A stretch of DNA of 64,000 nucleotides, from assembly GCA_002245135.1 (NCBI GenBank), contig NGBS01000314.1:1-64000 (forward strand), written 5' to 3'. The notes under the pieces are model-generated. The model did not search any database. It was not told the origin of the DNA and was given only the letters and a program-made list of their open reading frames with translations. The DNA comes from Proteromonas lacertae (lineage: Eukaryota). The position numbers were made by a program, and so were the translations under genes. This document shows, piece by piece, positions 1 to 13,625 of the stretch (positions are counted from its first letter, which is position 1; each line of letters starts with the position of its first letter).

Positions 1-331
1 TTTAGTACGTATAATATCTGCACGTGCGTTATATGAACCTTATTATCCTTCTGCTCCAATGTATTGGAAGCTTTGTACATTTCAATACGAATTGGGTGTT
101 GTATACTTGGTAAATGATAAAGTATTTAATATTATATCCTTTGGTGATTCTCCCAGCGAAAAGTTTGCCACAAACACTTTAGAGCTCAATTGTCAAATGT
201 GGAAGAAGTTTATACAGTTTAGAGAAAGATTACATCCAGCACAAATGACACAAGCTATAAATTATATTTTAAGTCAAATAGACGATCTTGTTAATAAACG
301 TGAAAATCTTGATTTACTTCTTTTTATGTAA
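1..331 (+). CDS. 3' end of a protein-coding gene, unknown product (partial)
   Basis: Frame is open from the window edge through ORF 59..331. No recognisable motif. Confidence 0.45.
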   Translation, partial: LVRIISARALYEPYYPSAPMYWKLCTFQYELGVVYLVNDKVFNIISFGDSPSEKFATNTLELNCQMWKKFIQFRERLHPAQMTQAINYILSQIDDLVNKRENLDLLLFM

Positions 332-471
332 AATCGTTGTATTTATTAATTGAATAGTAATATGTTAATTATTTTAATTTGAATCCCTTATTTTGTTTTT
401 TCTTTGGTTAATAATAATAAATAAAAATAAAATATTCAATCACTAAAGATAATCTTAGAAAAAATCTTACT

Positions 472-2494
472 TTACGAAGATGTACCTTTCCAAGGTTTAA
501 TGCTCTTCATTGGTCCACAATAGAACTTCAAATTAGGGTTTGATAATATATAATTACCAGTCGTTTCAAAATTAGGAGCCTTCATCACCAATTGTTCTTC
601 TAACAATATACCCATTAATCTATTAATATTAATATTACCTGTACAACCTTCATTTTTTAAACCAATATATAATTTATTGATATTCAAAGCTTTATTTTCT
701 AATAATGACAATATTCTATTACACATAAACGTTTCTGTCTTTATATCCACTACATTCTTATTATTATGAACTATAGTGCCATAAATAAGCGAAGTAAATG
801 AAGTACTTAAACTCAAAATTGGTCTTTCTGTTTGAGTTGCTATAGTTAATGGTGAATCAATCATTGTTATAACTTTACTACTAGTTAATTTTAATTCAAC
901 TTTTGGCATTGCATTATTAATAAAAGTAGAAGTTGCAGTTGGTGTATTTGATGGTGTTGTTGTTATTGCTTTCTTTGGAGTTGGTTTACTATCTTTAGAA
1001 TTTGATGTTCTCATTCTTGATGAAGTAATGTTTGTTATGGTTATGATTTTTGGTGATTTTGGAGTGGTTGTATTAGATGAATTAGTTGTTGTTGTTGTTG
1101 AAGTTCTTTTCTTCTTCTTCTTCTTTACAGATTGTTCAACTATAGAATTATCACTACTGGAATAAGATAATGACTTTAAATCACTCTTTCTTTTAATGGA
1201 TTTCGTAGTTTCATATTCATCTTCATCATCTTCAAGTAATAATCATCATCATCATCTTCATCATCGTCATATTCACTCTTCTTCTTTCTCTTCTTTCTTT
1301 TCTTCTTTGGTTCTATATCAGATGCATCTGAATCTGAAAGTGGTGAATTCTTAATATTATAAGATTGATGTTGTTGATTGTAGTAGAAATCATTATTATT
1401 ATATTTATATTGAGTTGGAGTTGATGATGATGGAGTTGATGATGATGTTGATGATCGATGAAGGATTGGTAGAGGAATATCTTCATTATCATCATCACTG
1501 TCACTATCATAATTACTATAATGTTTATGTTTTCGATGTTTCTATATAATAGACAATATATAATATATAATAATACTTTTGTTGCTGATGATGATGATGT
1601 AACAACTCCATTCTCTTTAATTTGTATAGAAGTCATAGAATCTCTATTACTTTTATTACTACTACTATTACTACCATTATTATTATTATATGATGATTTA
1701 GTAGGTGAATTATTACTAATAACTTTAGTAGGCAAATGAACTGGACATACAATATAAATATCATTAATCTTTTGGAAATTTGAAGGTAAACATTTGATAT
1801 GATATGCGTTTGTACATCTTACGCATTGTACTAAATAGTTCGCTTTATTACTTCCTGGATATCCACATACTGTACAATGATGTAACGGACAAATTACTGG
1901 AAAAACAGATTCAAATGTTTTTTCATTTTCTATACAGTTTTGACAGTAGAATTTGTCTTTACATTGTATACATAACTTTAAACACTTTTTCTAGTTTGAA
2001 CTATTGATCCTTCAGTCTTGCAAAAATTACAAAAATTCTAATTAAAAAAACTAATTAACCGTAAATATACTTTCTTTCTTAAACAATCAAAACATATTAC
2101 ACCTTCTGCATCACTAGTCAAACGAAACTCCATACATGTTTCATGAAAACTACGGTTACACAAACCTATAAAACATTCAACACTATTAAATATACCAGTA
2201 CATTTCAATAAATTACCACCAGCCTCGCAAACTGCACAAAGTGTATAATCTTTCTATTAATACCAGTATTAAACGTAAAAATACATTTTCATCTTTAATA
2301 AATTTCTTTTCATGATTTTCAACTGGTGTTGGTTTAGTATTTTTGGTTTGTTGTTCTAGTAATTCAATTTTTCGTCTAGTTCTGGGAGATACTTCGTTAT
2401 CTCTATCACTTTCATCTGACGATGAAAAATTGGTGTTAATATGCACTTTATCATACTTTTTAGATTCAAGAATTACTCTCCTTAAAGTAGTCAT
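472..2494 (-). CDS. Multi-exon putative chromatin protein with PHD/ePHD-like Cys-His fingers and a low-complexity acidic/Ser-Thr region
   Basis: Exon fragments CSLRGW / LCNRSFHETCM and ...IYIVCPVH, joined by short GT..AG introns; ORFs 2213..2494, 1313..1735 and 472..1014. Probable frameshift near 1245. Confidence 0.4.
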
Positions 2495-2544
2495 TTTTTC
2501 ATTTTTTGAGAATAAAACGGCTCTTTTTCTAAATCATTATAAAA

Positions 2545-3364
2545 ATGGTATTTTTCTGTTTATAGACATAGGAAAGTGATAAAGATCTATATACCAATGC
2601 TAACCAGGTACCTTTCCATTTGCTCTGTGATCAGTTTGAAAAAGTTAGCAAAGAATCCAAAAGAGAGAAGAAATTATCACTAATTTTTACTAAAGAATTG
2701 GCTGAAAAAATAGGAGTACCATATTAATAATTTTATGAAATAGAATCAAAGTCTATATCCAATTATGCGTTTAATCTTACCACAACTTGATAAAGAAAGA
2801 AATGTATATGGTCTAAAACAAAAAACATTGGGCAGAATATATGTCCAATTACTTGGATTGAATCCTTCTTCCTCAGATGCTGTGAAACTAATCAATTTCA
2901 CTGTATCACGCTTTCTTTTATCTATCTTCATATCTAGAAATCTGATTCAGCACTTGGATCACATAAAGTAAATAGTGCTGTTGGTGATTTTGCTTTAACT
3001 TTAGAAAGTATCTTAATTGTATAAAATGAATACAATGATATATCATGAATTAGGGAAGAATAGGTAAAGGAGAACAAAATCTAACAGTTGGAGATGTAAA
3101 CAATGATTTAGACAAATTATCAAAATCAACTTCACAAGATGAGGTAAAAGATATATTTCAACATATAATCCAAAGATATTCACCAAGGGCGCAAAAATGG
3201 TTAATCAGAATGATCATTCAAAATATGACAATAGGATTAAAACACGATGGAATATTCAAATTCTTCCATCCAAATGCATTGGATATGTTTGATCGATGTC
3301 ATGATTTGAAAGCTGTATGTAATGCCTTAAGAGATCCAAATATTAGAATTGTTGAGAGTGTATA

Positions 3365-3397
<33 letters not shown>

Positions 3398-5647
3398 GTT
3401 TGAACCCGGAAAAATATTTTCTCCAATGTTGGCTAAAAGAATTGGTTTTCCAGTCGATACAAAGTTAGATTCAAATGCAAGTTATATAATAGAAATGAAA
3501 TTTGATGGTGAAAGAATCATATGCCATAAGACTCGAAGTGGTGTGAAAGTCTATACAAGAAATGGTACAGATTATACTGAATTATATTCGCCAATATTAT
3601 CAAAATATATTCTCAATAATGTTAAAGTATATATTTATTTATCTATTGTTTATTGTTATTAGTGTGTTGAATGTATATTAGATGGTGAATTATTACCTTG
3701 GAATAGTGAATATGGAAGATATATGGAATTTGGCCATAATAAGACAGTAGCTGCTTCACAAATTACTGGTAATAACGATAATGATGTATGGTTATGCTAT
3801 ATGATATTTGATATATTATACATCTCAGGTAATAATGAAATATCAACTAGTGGATCATTATCTCAACTACCATTAAGAGAAAGGAAAGAGATAATGAATA
3901 GAGTAGTAAGGAATGAAGAACATCGATTTGAAATAGTACCAACACTTCAAACAATTGGACCAACAATTAGTAATCGAAGAGAAATAATAATGAATTGGTT
4001 AGATAAAATGATAGAAGCCAATTATGAAGGTTTAATATTAAAAGAGACTGAAAGTGAATATATTCCTGGTGAAATGGGTAGAAAAACTAAGAAATGGATT
4101 AAAGTAAAACCTGATTATGTTGATGGATTAGGAGATGGTATAGACTTAGTGATTTTAGGTGGTTTTAATGGTGAAGGAAGTAGGAGAAGTGGTGGAGTAT
4201 CACATTTCTTATTAGGAGTTGTTGATAATAATTATTGTATTATATATATATATATATATATATTATTGTTATATTATATAGTACCTGTTAATTCAAGAAG
4301 ATATTATCCATTTGGTAAAGTTGGTTCAGGTTATTCATTACAAGAATTAGCTGCTATTAAACAAAAGTTATCATCTCATCTAGTACAATCTAATGTGTAT
4401 ATATTATTATTAAATATATTAATTGTACTAGAATACCATCTTATATTATAGATGGAAGTAGTTTAAGAGGTGATAATAAACCTGATTTCTATATCGATTC
4501 TATATCCAACTCCATTATATTAGAATTAATTGGTGCTTCATTAAATAGAACAGAATTATGGTCAAGTGGTTTTACACTTCGATTTCCACGTGTAAGAGCT
4601 GTTCGATATGATAAAGATGTGAGTGAATGTATTACAATGGAAGAATTGAGAGAAAAGTCACTACAAGGATTACATAATAAGAATCAAGGTAAAGATGAAA
4701 GTACAATAAAAGATAGAAGTAAACGAAGAAAAGTGGTTGGTACAATTAGTACTAGTTTACCTGCTGATGTAAGAAATGTGATAAAATGTGGTGATATATT
4801 CAAAGATATTGAGTTTTGCATATTAACAGGAGATTATGGTCAACTTACTGATAAAGTATATAAAGACAAAAATGATATAGAAAAGAAGATATATAGTTTA
4901 GGAGGTACATTTGTTCAAAATCCAATCGATAATACTAAATATATAATTGCTTGTTCAACAAATCATATTAAAGTGAAGAATCTCATTAAAAGTGGTGTAT
5001 ATGATATAATATCTGTTAAATGGCTATTAAGATGTATAGAATTAAATGAATTGATTGAACCAAAACCATATGATGTATATTATTATTATTATTATTATTT
5101 ATTGATGAATAATAGTATTTATTTATTACTGAATCTACTCAATTGAAATTGAATAAATGTTATGATAAATATGGTGATTCATTTACAGAACATGTGGATG
5201 AAAATGATTTGAAAGAAATAATGAAAAGAATTCCAGTAAATCCAGATGAAGATGTAAATAAAGATAATGTATTGATTATATATTTACATATTGTAATAGA
5301 TTAATAATGAATTGTTGGATATATGGAGCAGTGTTTCTTATTTTATATTTATTACAGGTTATTTTAATGATAATAGCTATGATACTGAATATAATAAGAG
5401 TTTGTTCGAATTATATGGTGGTGTTGTAGTAAATGAATTAAGTAATGATGTTGGTTTTATATTTGTGAAAGAAATGAAGAAAAAAGAGTACAATGAATTG
5501 AAAGAAAAGTTATTGAAGTTGAAGTATAATGATGATTATGAAATTGAACCTAAAATACTTAGAATAGAATTTATTTCTGATTGTATAGAAAATGACAAAT
5601 TGTTAGACTCTAATTTATATATTTACCATCCAAATGAATATAATTAA
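2545..5647 (+). CDS. LIG4: DNA ligase IV (ATP-dependent, C-terminal BRCT domains), multi-exon
   Basis: ATG 2545 then a 24-nt intron 2548-2571. Motifs YPIMRLILPQLDKER, motif I EMKFDGER, FDILY, EGLILK, WIKVKPDY, DLVILGG, KVGSGYS, LRFPR and a BRCT (LGGTFVQ...SVKWLLRC). Confidence 0.93.
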
Positions 5648-6010
5648 TCAATTAATCTTTTAGTCCTATTGTTTTTTTTTCTTCTTCTAATTATATTTAA
5701 ACATCCATCTAAATTATTAAAAGAAATTTAAAGTAATGGATTTGCAATATATATAAGGAAAAGAAAGTACAAAAAAGATAGTAAATTATTATCTTTTCAT
5801 TCTTCCATTTAATGAATGAATACTAACTTATTTGTTTGTAGTGATTAGGCTTTGATATAAACTTCAAATGCAATGTTTATACTTTCTATTTACATTTAGC
5901 ATTATAAAATATGTAATAGTCATATAATAGACAAATAATGTAGTATTACTATTTATATATAAATTTTACTACTAATTATTTACGATTTAATTTGATTATC
6001 TTTATTTCTT

Positions 6011-6439
6011 TTATTTTGTTGTTTCTATACCTTCTCAGTATCATAATAAAAGGAAAGAAAAAAGAAATAAGCAAAAAGAATAAAAAGAATCGTTACTATG
6101 ACTTCGCACAGAGTCCCCCACTGTACTACTATCATAGCTCGTACAATCTTAACTTCGCAGTTCTGATGGGATGCGGTGCTTTATTGTAGATATGAACGAT
6201 TCTGATTATTTTTTCACTCTTTTTTCTTATATATCACACTTTCTTTTATATTTTCTTATAAACAATTAATATCATTCTAATAATGTTATATTAAAAGGAA
6301 ATATACTATATATTCATATATTCATGTTAATATATCATTATCTATGCTTAATGATGATTTAAAGAGACAAACTGAAAATGAAACGACTAAATATTTGAAA
6401 GTGAAAATATGTTATTATGTGATTGCTTTAAGGATGAGA
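6011..6439. repeat. Left arm of ~430-bp inverted repeat (partner 8642..9069)
   Basis: Reverse complement of 8642..9069; I found one substitution and one poly-T length difference. Confidence 0.95.
6085..6202 (-). rRNA. 5S rRNA
   Basis: Reverse complement of the copy at 8878..8995. Terminal helix GAATCGTT/AACGATTC, followed by an oligo-T Pol III terminator. Confidence 0.9.
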
Positions 6440-7931
6440 TCTTGCCTCATATATTGTCATCTAAAACTGAAGTATTACTGATATTTTTTATACAATAGAT
6501 TAAGGAGATAATAGAAAAGAGTACATCAGAAGTAGTTTTAAAAGTCGAAAATGAAAATAATATGAAAATGATAAAACTGTTAAAAATAATAGGAATAGAA
6601 GAAAAGAAAGTATTGAAGTATTTAGAGAATGAATCACTATTGCTAGAGACTAGTTTATCGTTTATCTATCATAATGAAGTATTACTGATGAAAAATATCA
6701 GTGAATATATGATTATATCGAGAGACTACTATAATGTAGATTTAGAAGAGATAATTCAGAGTAATTCTATTTCAAGTGTTGATGTGTGTAGTATAATATA
6801 TGGTATATGTGATAAATTGATGATATTGAGTGAATATAATATGATGATATACAATATGAAGAGTTCAAATATAGTATGTGAAAAATTAAATGATGTGTAT
6901 GAGAATATGAAATTATGTGATTTATTCTTAAATACATTAAGAAAGGAAGAAGATATGAGAATATTTGATATATGCTTCAAAAGTCCTGAAGAATTGAGAG
7001 GATATGAATGTGATGAGAAAAGTATGATTTGGTCAATAGGTTGTGTATTATATGAAATGATAAATAAGAAATTACCATTTAACGAAGATAAAAATATGAA
7101 TAAAACACTGAAAAATATTCTGAGATGTAAATACCGTTTGTGTAAAAGCAGTAGCGATTTTATTAAAGAAATGGTAAATAGAACATTAACAAAGAACAAC
7201 CAAGATAGATTGAGTTTTAAAGAGTTAAGAGAAGAAGTGGTAAAGATTAGTGCATTATTAAAAGATGAAGAGAATAATCTATTGATAAGTAAAGAAAGAA
7301 AAGCAGTATTATTCAACAATGATAATTCAGTTGTTGCAATTCCAATAATATATCCATCAATATATTATTTGCGAAATAGAAAATGGAAAAGTATAATATA
7401 TTATATTGATTAAAATCGTAATATTTGAATAGAAATTCGAAATTCTTTAATAAAATATTATAATGGCGCAGAAAATAAAAGAATACTATCTATATTATTA
7501 GTAATGTTTTTATATAAAGAAGATACATCAATAAAAGATAAACTGCTCTTTAAAATTTTTCAAGAAGATGATGAACATCAATTATGTTGTTTAGATGAAA
7601 TGTTGTTTAATATGACTATTCATTGGAAAGATAAAAGACTAATAAAAATTGATCATAAATGTATTTGTACGACAGAAGAAGGAATAGATTATTTCTTCAG
7701 TGTACTGAAACTAATGAGTCCAATAAAACTGAAATTTGGTATAATTCATACTATTATGATTTATTTAGATCGTTCTATTCCACCTAAATGTCAATCATTA
7801 TTTGGATCATATTTTTGTGTATTAAAAAAACTTAAAGAATTAGATTTATCGTGTAGTCTTAATTCAGATTTTGTAGAATCGTTTGTGGAATCAATCCCAT
7901 ATATGAAACTGAAATATATAAGACTTGATTG

Positions 7932-7971
<40 letters not shown>

Positions 7972-8261
7972 ATTATGAAATAGTAAATCCAATTGGTCCA
8001 GAAGGATTCAAGTTGTTGCTTCCATATTTGAATTTGTTGATAGACAAAAATAAAGTATTGAATTTGATGGGAATGAATTTAAATGATGAATCTATCGCTT
8101 TATTAACATCAGAAGTATATAAATATCACAATATTTACAGGATTAATATTAAAAATAATATTCGAATTCATTCAGATAGATTAATGGAATTATTCTCTAT
8201 ATTTTTGTCTTCAAATATTTATTATGATAATAATGAATCAGAATGTTGTATAATTACATAA
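6409..8261 (+). CDS. Pseudokinase-LRR protein, paralog 1 (LRR array shorter than in paralogs)
   Basis: ATG 6409 (MLLCDCFKDEILPHILSSKTE), intron, then kinase-fold remnants YNMKSSNI, LCDLF, KSPEE, IWSIGC; then LxxLDLS / NPIG LRRs; ends after about 3 LRRs. Confidence 0.75.
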
Positions 8262-8641
8262 AATAATATAAACTATTATTCTTAAATAAAGCTGAAGAAT
8301 GAATGATGAAAATGGAATATGATTATTATGATGTTATGTGAATGTCGCTAATATATTATTGAAAAGAGAGAATAGATTTAATTAAATCAAGAATAGTCTT
8401 AAGAATAATTTTTGATGTTATTGTGTATATGTCTTTGTAGCTAGAAATAAATGTATGTAAGATGAATTAATATAAATTAATGTGATTCTATTTGTTTGTG
8501 TTTTAAAAATTTAAAAAAAGAAGAATAAACCAAATAGATATAGTATCTTTATCATCTAAACAATGAGCTAATCGCATCATTTTAAAATTAAGTCATTCTA
8601 ATTATATATTTCACAATTATATATTAATATTAATTAAAATG

Positions 8642-9069
8642 TCTCATCCTTAAAGCAATCACATAATAACATATTTTCACTTTCAAATATTTAGTCGTTT
8701 CATTTTCAGTTTGTCTCTTTAAGTCATCATTAAGCATAGATAATGATATATTAACATGAATATATGAATATATAGTATATTTCCTTTTAATATAACATTA
8801 TTAGAATGATATTAATTGTTTATAAGAAAATATAAAAGAAAGTGTGATATATAAGAAAAAGAGTGAAAAAATAATCAGAATCGTTCATATCTACAATAAA
8901 GCACCGCATCCCATCAGAACTGCGAAGTTAAGATTGTACGAGCTATGATAGTAGTACAGTGGGGGACTCTGTGCGAAGTCATAGTAACGATTCTTTTTAT
9001 TCTTTTTGCTTATTTCTTTTTTCTTTCCTTTTATTATGATACTGAGAAGGTATAGAAACAACAAAATAA
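8642..9069. repeat. Right arm of ~430-bp inverted repeat (partner 6011..6439)
   Basis: Direct reverse-complement comparison with the left arm. Confidence 0.95.
8878..8995 (+). rRNA. 5S rRNA
   Basis: GAATCGTTCATATCTAC...GCACCGCATCCCATCAGAACTGCGAAGTTAAG...AGTAGTACAGTGGGGGAC...AACGATTC then TTTTT. About 118 nt, with conserved 5S loop C and box A/C-like sequence. Confidence 0.92.
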
Positions 9070-9235
9070 CACAAACAAATAGAATTAAACTTAATTGAAA
9101 ATTAATTTGTATAGATTCATTATAAATCAGGTTTATTTACCAAAAAAAGTAAATTAAATAAGAATTAAAATGATTATAATATAATATATATTTAACATTT
9201 AAGAATCTTTCAAAAATCTCTTCCTTTTCATTATC

Positions 9236-12200
9236 TTACATTGCAGTTATTTCTATTCTTCCGATTGATGGAAATGTCTTTACAAATGATTTTAATTCTG
9301 ATCTATCTATACTCCTTTTTAATGATATTGATAGTTTATCTAAATTCTCAAAGAGTTCTTTGTTTTCTATCATTAATCTCAATCCTGTTTCATTTAACAT
9401 GTTTCTAGATATGTTGATCACTTTTAATGGTCTAGAGAACATTTTTAATCCATCTATTAATATCTTTAAACCTTTATCACTCATTCCAACATCTATTTTA
9501 TATTAATATAATACTCATAAAATACTTGATAGATTTAATGCTATATAACTATCTCCCCACTCTTTTTCAACGAATTTATCCAAATTCTTACATATCATCT
9601 CTATTCCTTCATCACCAATGTTGTTATTATATATTAAAATGTAACGTATATAATACTCTAAGGAATCTGTCAATTCTTTAAGTCCTTTACAACTAATCTT
9701 AGTATTGGATATATCAATAATTCCACACTTCAACTGTTTAATTAACGACATATGTGAATCATTGACATTTAAATCTATTTCATCAGATAACATTGATATT
9801 ATACTTGCAAAATCATAGCATTTACCGAAATAGTCGTTTTTCTTAATAGCACAATACTCCAAATAATATTTCAATTCTTCATCTCCCCATAATAAACTTT
9901 TCATAAATATTAACGGATAATCTTCTTCTTCTAATGTTCTTGAACAAATTGCTTTTAATCCATTGATACTTACATTATTTCCTTTTAGATTTATTCTGTT
10001 ACAATATCCAATCGAAGGTATTAAGTTAGCTAATATAATTACACATTCATCATTGATTGATATATTACTCAAATCCATCACATTATCTTCATCTTTCAAC
10101 CTACATAAATTGTATAACAATGCTTTAAAACCTGCATTACCAATTGGATTATCTATTAAATAAATACAAATATATATATATATAGTATTATATACTATGA
10201 ATAAAAAGGTTTTCAACATTGTCATTTACTTTCATATATTCCATTAAGTATTCTATTCCATCTGCACGAATATTATTATCACTTATATCAAGTGAAATAT
10301 TCCATTGAATATTCCTTAAACCATCAACTAAATATTTCAATCCTATCGAAGATAATCCCATTTCTATAACATAAAAAGTAATAAGAATTATACTTGAACA
10401 ATTTATAGTTGTACTATTCATTATTACATTCAACATATTATCTATACAAAATGTTCTACTGTTATTTCCACCTTTTAGTAAAGATACATATGGAGATAAC
10501 ATTTTCATTCCTAAGTCTCCTATTTCATTTCCATTTAATTCAATAATTTCTAGAGTTTGAAACAAATGTAAACTCCTAATCAGTACTGCAATACTTTCAT
10601 GTGTCAAATTGTTATCTAACCAATTACATAAAACCTAAATATACTACTTAAATCTAGATGATTTATTGTTCTTAAACCGCGTGGTCTAAGAGTAACAAAT
10701 GATGCGAAAAATTGATCATCAATTCCCAGATTATTCAGATCTAGTAAATTATGAAATCCACTGGTAATGACATATTTGATTAAATCTGGAATGCCTCTAT
10801 CTAATAATAATTCTTTACTTCCGTTAAAATTAAAGTCTACTCGTGAAATGGGATATTTGTAAAATAATGCTCTTAATCCATTGTAATGTATATTATTCTT
10901 ATCTGCAATACCAATTTTCCTTATATTTGGATATTTATATAACTCTTCAGCTAATAATATTATTGATTCATCATTCAAATTCATTCCATTAAGATTTAGT
11001 TCATTATCACTACCTATTAACAAACGTAAATATGGCAATAGCAATTTTAATCCTATTGAACCAATAGCATTATCTATTTCAATATAATATTAAAAAAATA
11101 CATGAAAGATCTACATATTCTAATCTCATGAATGGAATACATTTAACAAATGATTCAATGAAATGAGGTAAAAAACCACCATTTGATAAATCTAACTGTC
11201 TTACATCTGATAATAGATTAAAATATGATCCAAATAACTTCTGACGTTCTATTGGAACATTCAAAACTAAATAATAAAGAAATATATAACAAATATTATA
11301 ATTATACAAAACTTGAGTTTGGTTGAATAAACAAATTTAAATACTCTGAAGAAATACTTAATTCCTTCTTCACACATACACATACAATTTGTATTTATTT
11401 CGATTATTTCTGCATTAAAAGAATCATTATGTAAATTAAGGAACATTTCATCTAAATAACATCCTTTAACTAAATTACATCGATGATGGATTTGAAATGT
11501 GATTTTTAGGTTTAATGGAAAAGCATCTTTTTTTCTCAATTTCATCAGCAACATTATAGCTAGCATTCTCTCGTTAGGTTTATTATTGTATGATTCTAAT
11601 AAATTATCCCGAATTACTATTCAAATAATATAAATTATATTATTTATACCTGTATATCTGTCACTTACAAGATAATATTGTGATGGATATACTATGCGAA
11701 GAAAAGTGATATTATTATCTCCATTAAATAATGTTATTTTTCTTTCTTTACATATCATTAAATTATTTTCTCTATCCCTTAACAATTTATTCATTTTAAT
11801 CATTTCTTTACTCAATTCCATCAAACTCATTCTATCTTCATTCTTTACGATTAATATTCTTTTTATTATTTCTTTTATTGAATAATCACCACTTATTTCA
11901 AAACGGTATTTACTGTTAAGTATATTATTTAAGGTTTTTATAACACTGTTAGCTACAGTAAATGGTTTGGATTTATTTATCATTTCAAATAAAACACAAC
12001 CTACTGACCAAATTATACTTTTACCATTGCATTCTAAACCTTTTAACTCTTCAGGGCTTTTAAAGTTTATATCATTTACTGTTTTTTCATACTGTTTTCT
12101 CATTTCATCTAAAAACAAATCACAGATCCTAAAATTACCAGATTCATCAATTGCAATGTTTGAACTCTTTATACTATTCACTGCTAAATCATATTCTTTT

Positions 12201-12610
12201 AATATTATTAACATATTACATATTTTACATATTATTAAACATATATTACTACTTAAAAGAGTCTCATTCTGAATAATCTCTTCCATATCTTTCACATAAT
12301 GTTCTCGTAATATTATCATATATTTACCATGAAGATTCATTGGAATCATCATGCAAGGATAAGTGAATGATGAACAACAATTTGTAATTAATAAACTGTT
12401 TTCTGAGAATTCTAACAATGTCTTTTCTTTTATTTCAGCAATATTAAAGACTTTCATCATTTTTATATTTTTTTCATGTTGTACTAACAAACCAATTTCA
12501 GTTCTGGACTTGTTAAATATTTTTTTAATCTATAATCCATAAATAAATTATAATACATCATTTTTTGTTGGTAATAGTGTTATTATTAAATCATTTACAA
12601 CAGAATTCAT
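9236..12610 (-). CDS. Pseudokinase-LRR protein, paralog 2 (full RI-like LRR array), multi-exon
   Basis: NSIKSSNI, ICDLF, KSPEE, IWSVGC, followed by many LRRs (NEIGDLGMKML, NPIGNAGFKAL, NNIGDEGIEMI). Intron positions match paralogs 1 and 3. Confidence 0.8.
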
Positions 12611-12787
12611 AATTTAAATATCCTAAAAACTAGTCGTTTTGTTATTTCAGTTATACTCATAATTATTGCATAGATGATTTATAACAATAAACTAATAATT
12701 AATAAAATAAATAGATTCACATTGAAAATTAATAAGTATATTAAATACTTTTAATTACGATTAAACCAACATTGAGTTGGATTTAGT

Positions 12788-13625
12788 TTATTCCCTTTTA
12801 GGAGTTTTTCTTGGAGTCAATCTTCTTGGCGATTTTAATGGAATAGAACTACTGTCTTTAGTATCTATTCGCAAATCAGGAACATCTTTGGGTTTTTCTT
12901 GTGGTGGAGATTTTCTAGGAGTTTTTCTTGGTGTTAATCTTCTAGGAGATTTTAGCGGTGTAACATTACTATCTTTGGTATTGATTCTTAAATCTGGAAT
13001 ATCTTTTGTTTTTTCTTCAGTAGGATTAGTTGTTGGAGATGTTCTAGGTGTTTTTCTAGGCGTTAACCTTCTTGGCGATTTTAATGGAATAGAACTACTG
13101 TCTTTAGTATCTATTCGCAAATCAGGAACATCTTTGGGTTTTTCTTGTGGTGGAGATTTTCTAGGAGTTTTTCTTGGTGTTAATCTTCTAGGAGATTTTA
13201 GTGGTGTAATATTACTATCTTTTGTGTTAATTCGCGAATCAGGAATATCTTTTGTTTTTTCTTCAGTAGGATTAGTTGTTGGAGATGTTCTAGGTGTTTT
13301 TCTAGGCGTTAACTTTCTGGGAGATTTTAATGGAATAGAACTACTGTCTTTAGTATCTATTCTTAAATCAGGAATATCTTTTGTTTTTTCTTCAGTAGGA
13401 TTAGTCGTTGGAGATGTTCTAGGTGTTTTTCTAGGCGTTAATGTTCTGGGAGATTTCAAAGGTGCAGTAGTATTGATTTTTGTGTTAATTTGTAAATCAG
13501 GTTTTTGTTCTATATTTTCTTTAGTAAATGTATTTCTGGGAGTTTTTCGTATAGTTTTTCTTGGAGTTGATCTTCTTGGAGATTTTAATGGTGTAGTTGT
13601 ATTCTCTTTTGTATCTATTCTTAAA
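12788..13625 (-). repeat. Coding tandem repeat: 7 copies of a ~37-41 aa unit centred on PLKSPRRLTPRKTPR
   Basis: Read directly from the C-terminus of ORF 12788..17863; long and short units partly alternate. Confidence 0.9.

Noticed and set aside
5992..6189. 65-aa ORF
   Set aside because: Overlaps the 5S rRNA gene on the opposite strand; spurious.
6756..7319. Antisense ORFs over kinase-LRR and other genes (also 11967..12272, 27809..28096, 40895..41248)
   Set aside because: Shadows of well-supported genes on the other strand.
6011..9069. 5S-containing inverted repeat as a bona fide TIR transposon or 5S-derived SINE
   Set aside because: No TSD or transposase. The 5S copies are complete with terminators, and the arms include host coding sequence. 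The TGTTGT near the outer ends is flanked by inverted, not direct, sequence.
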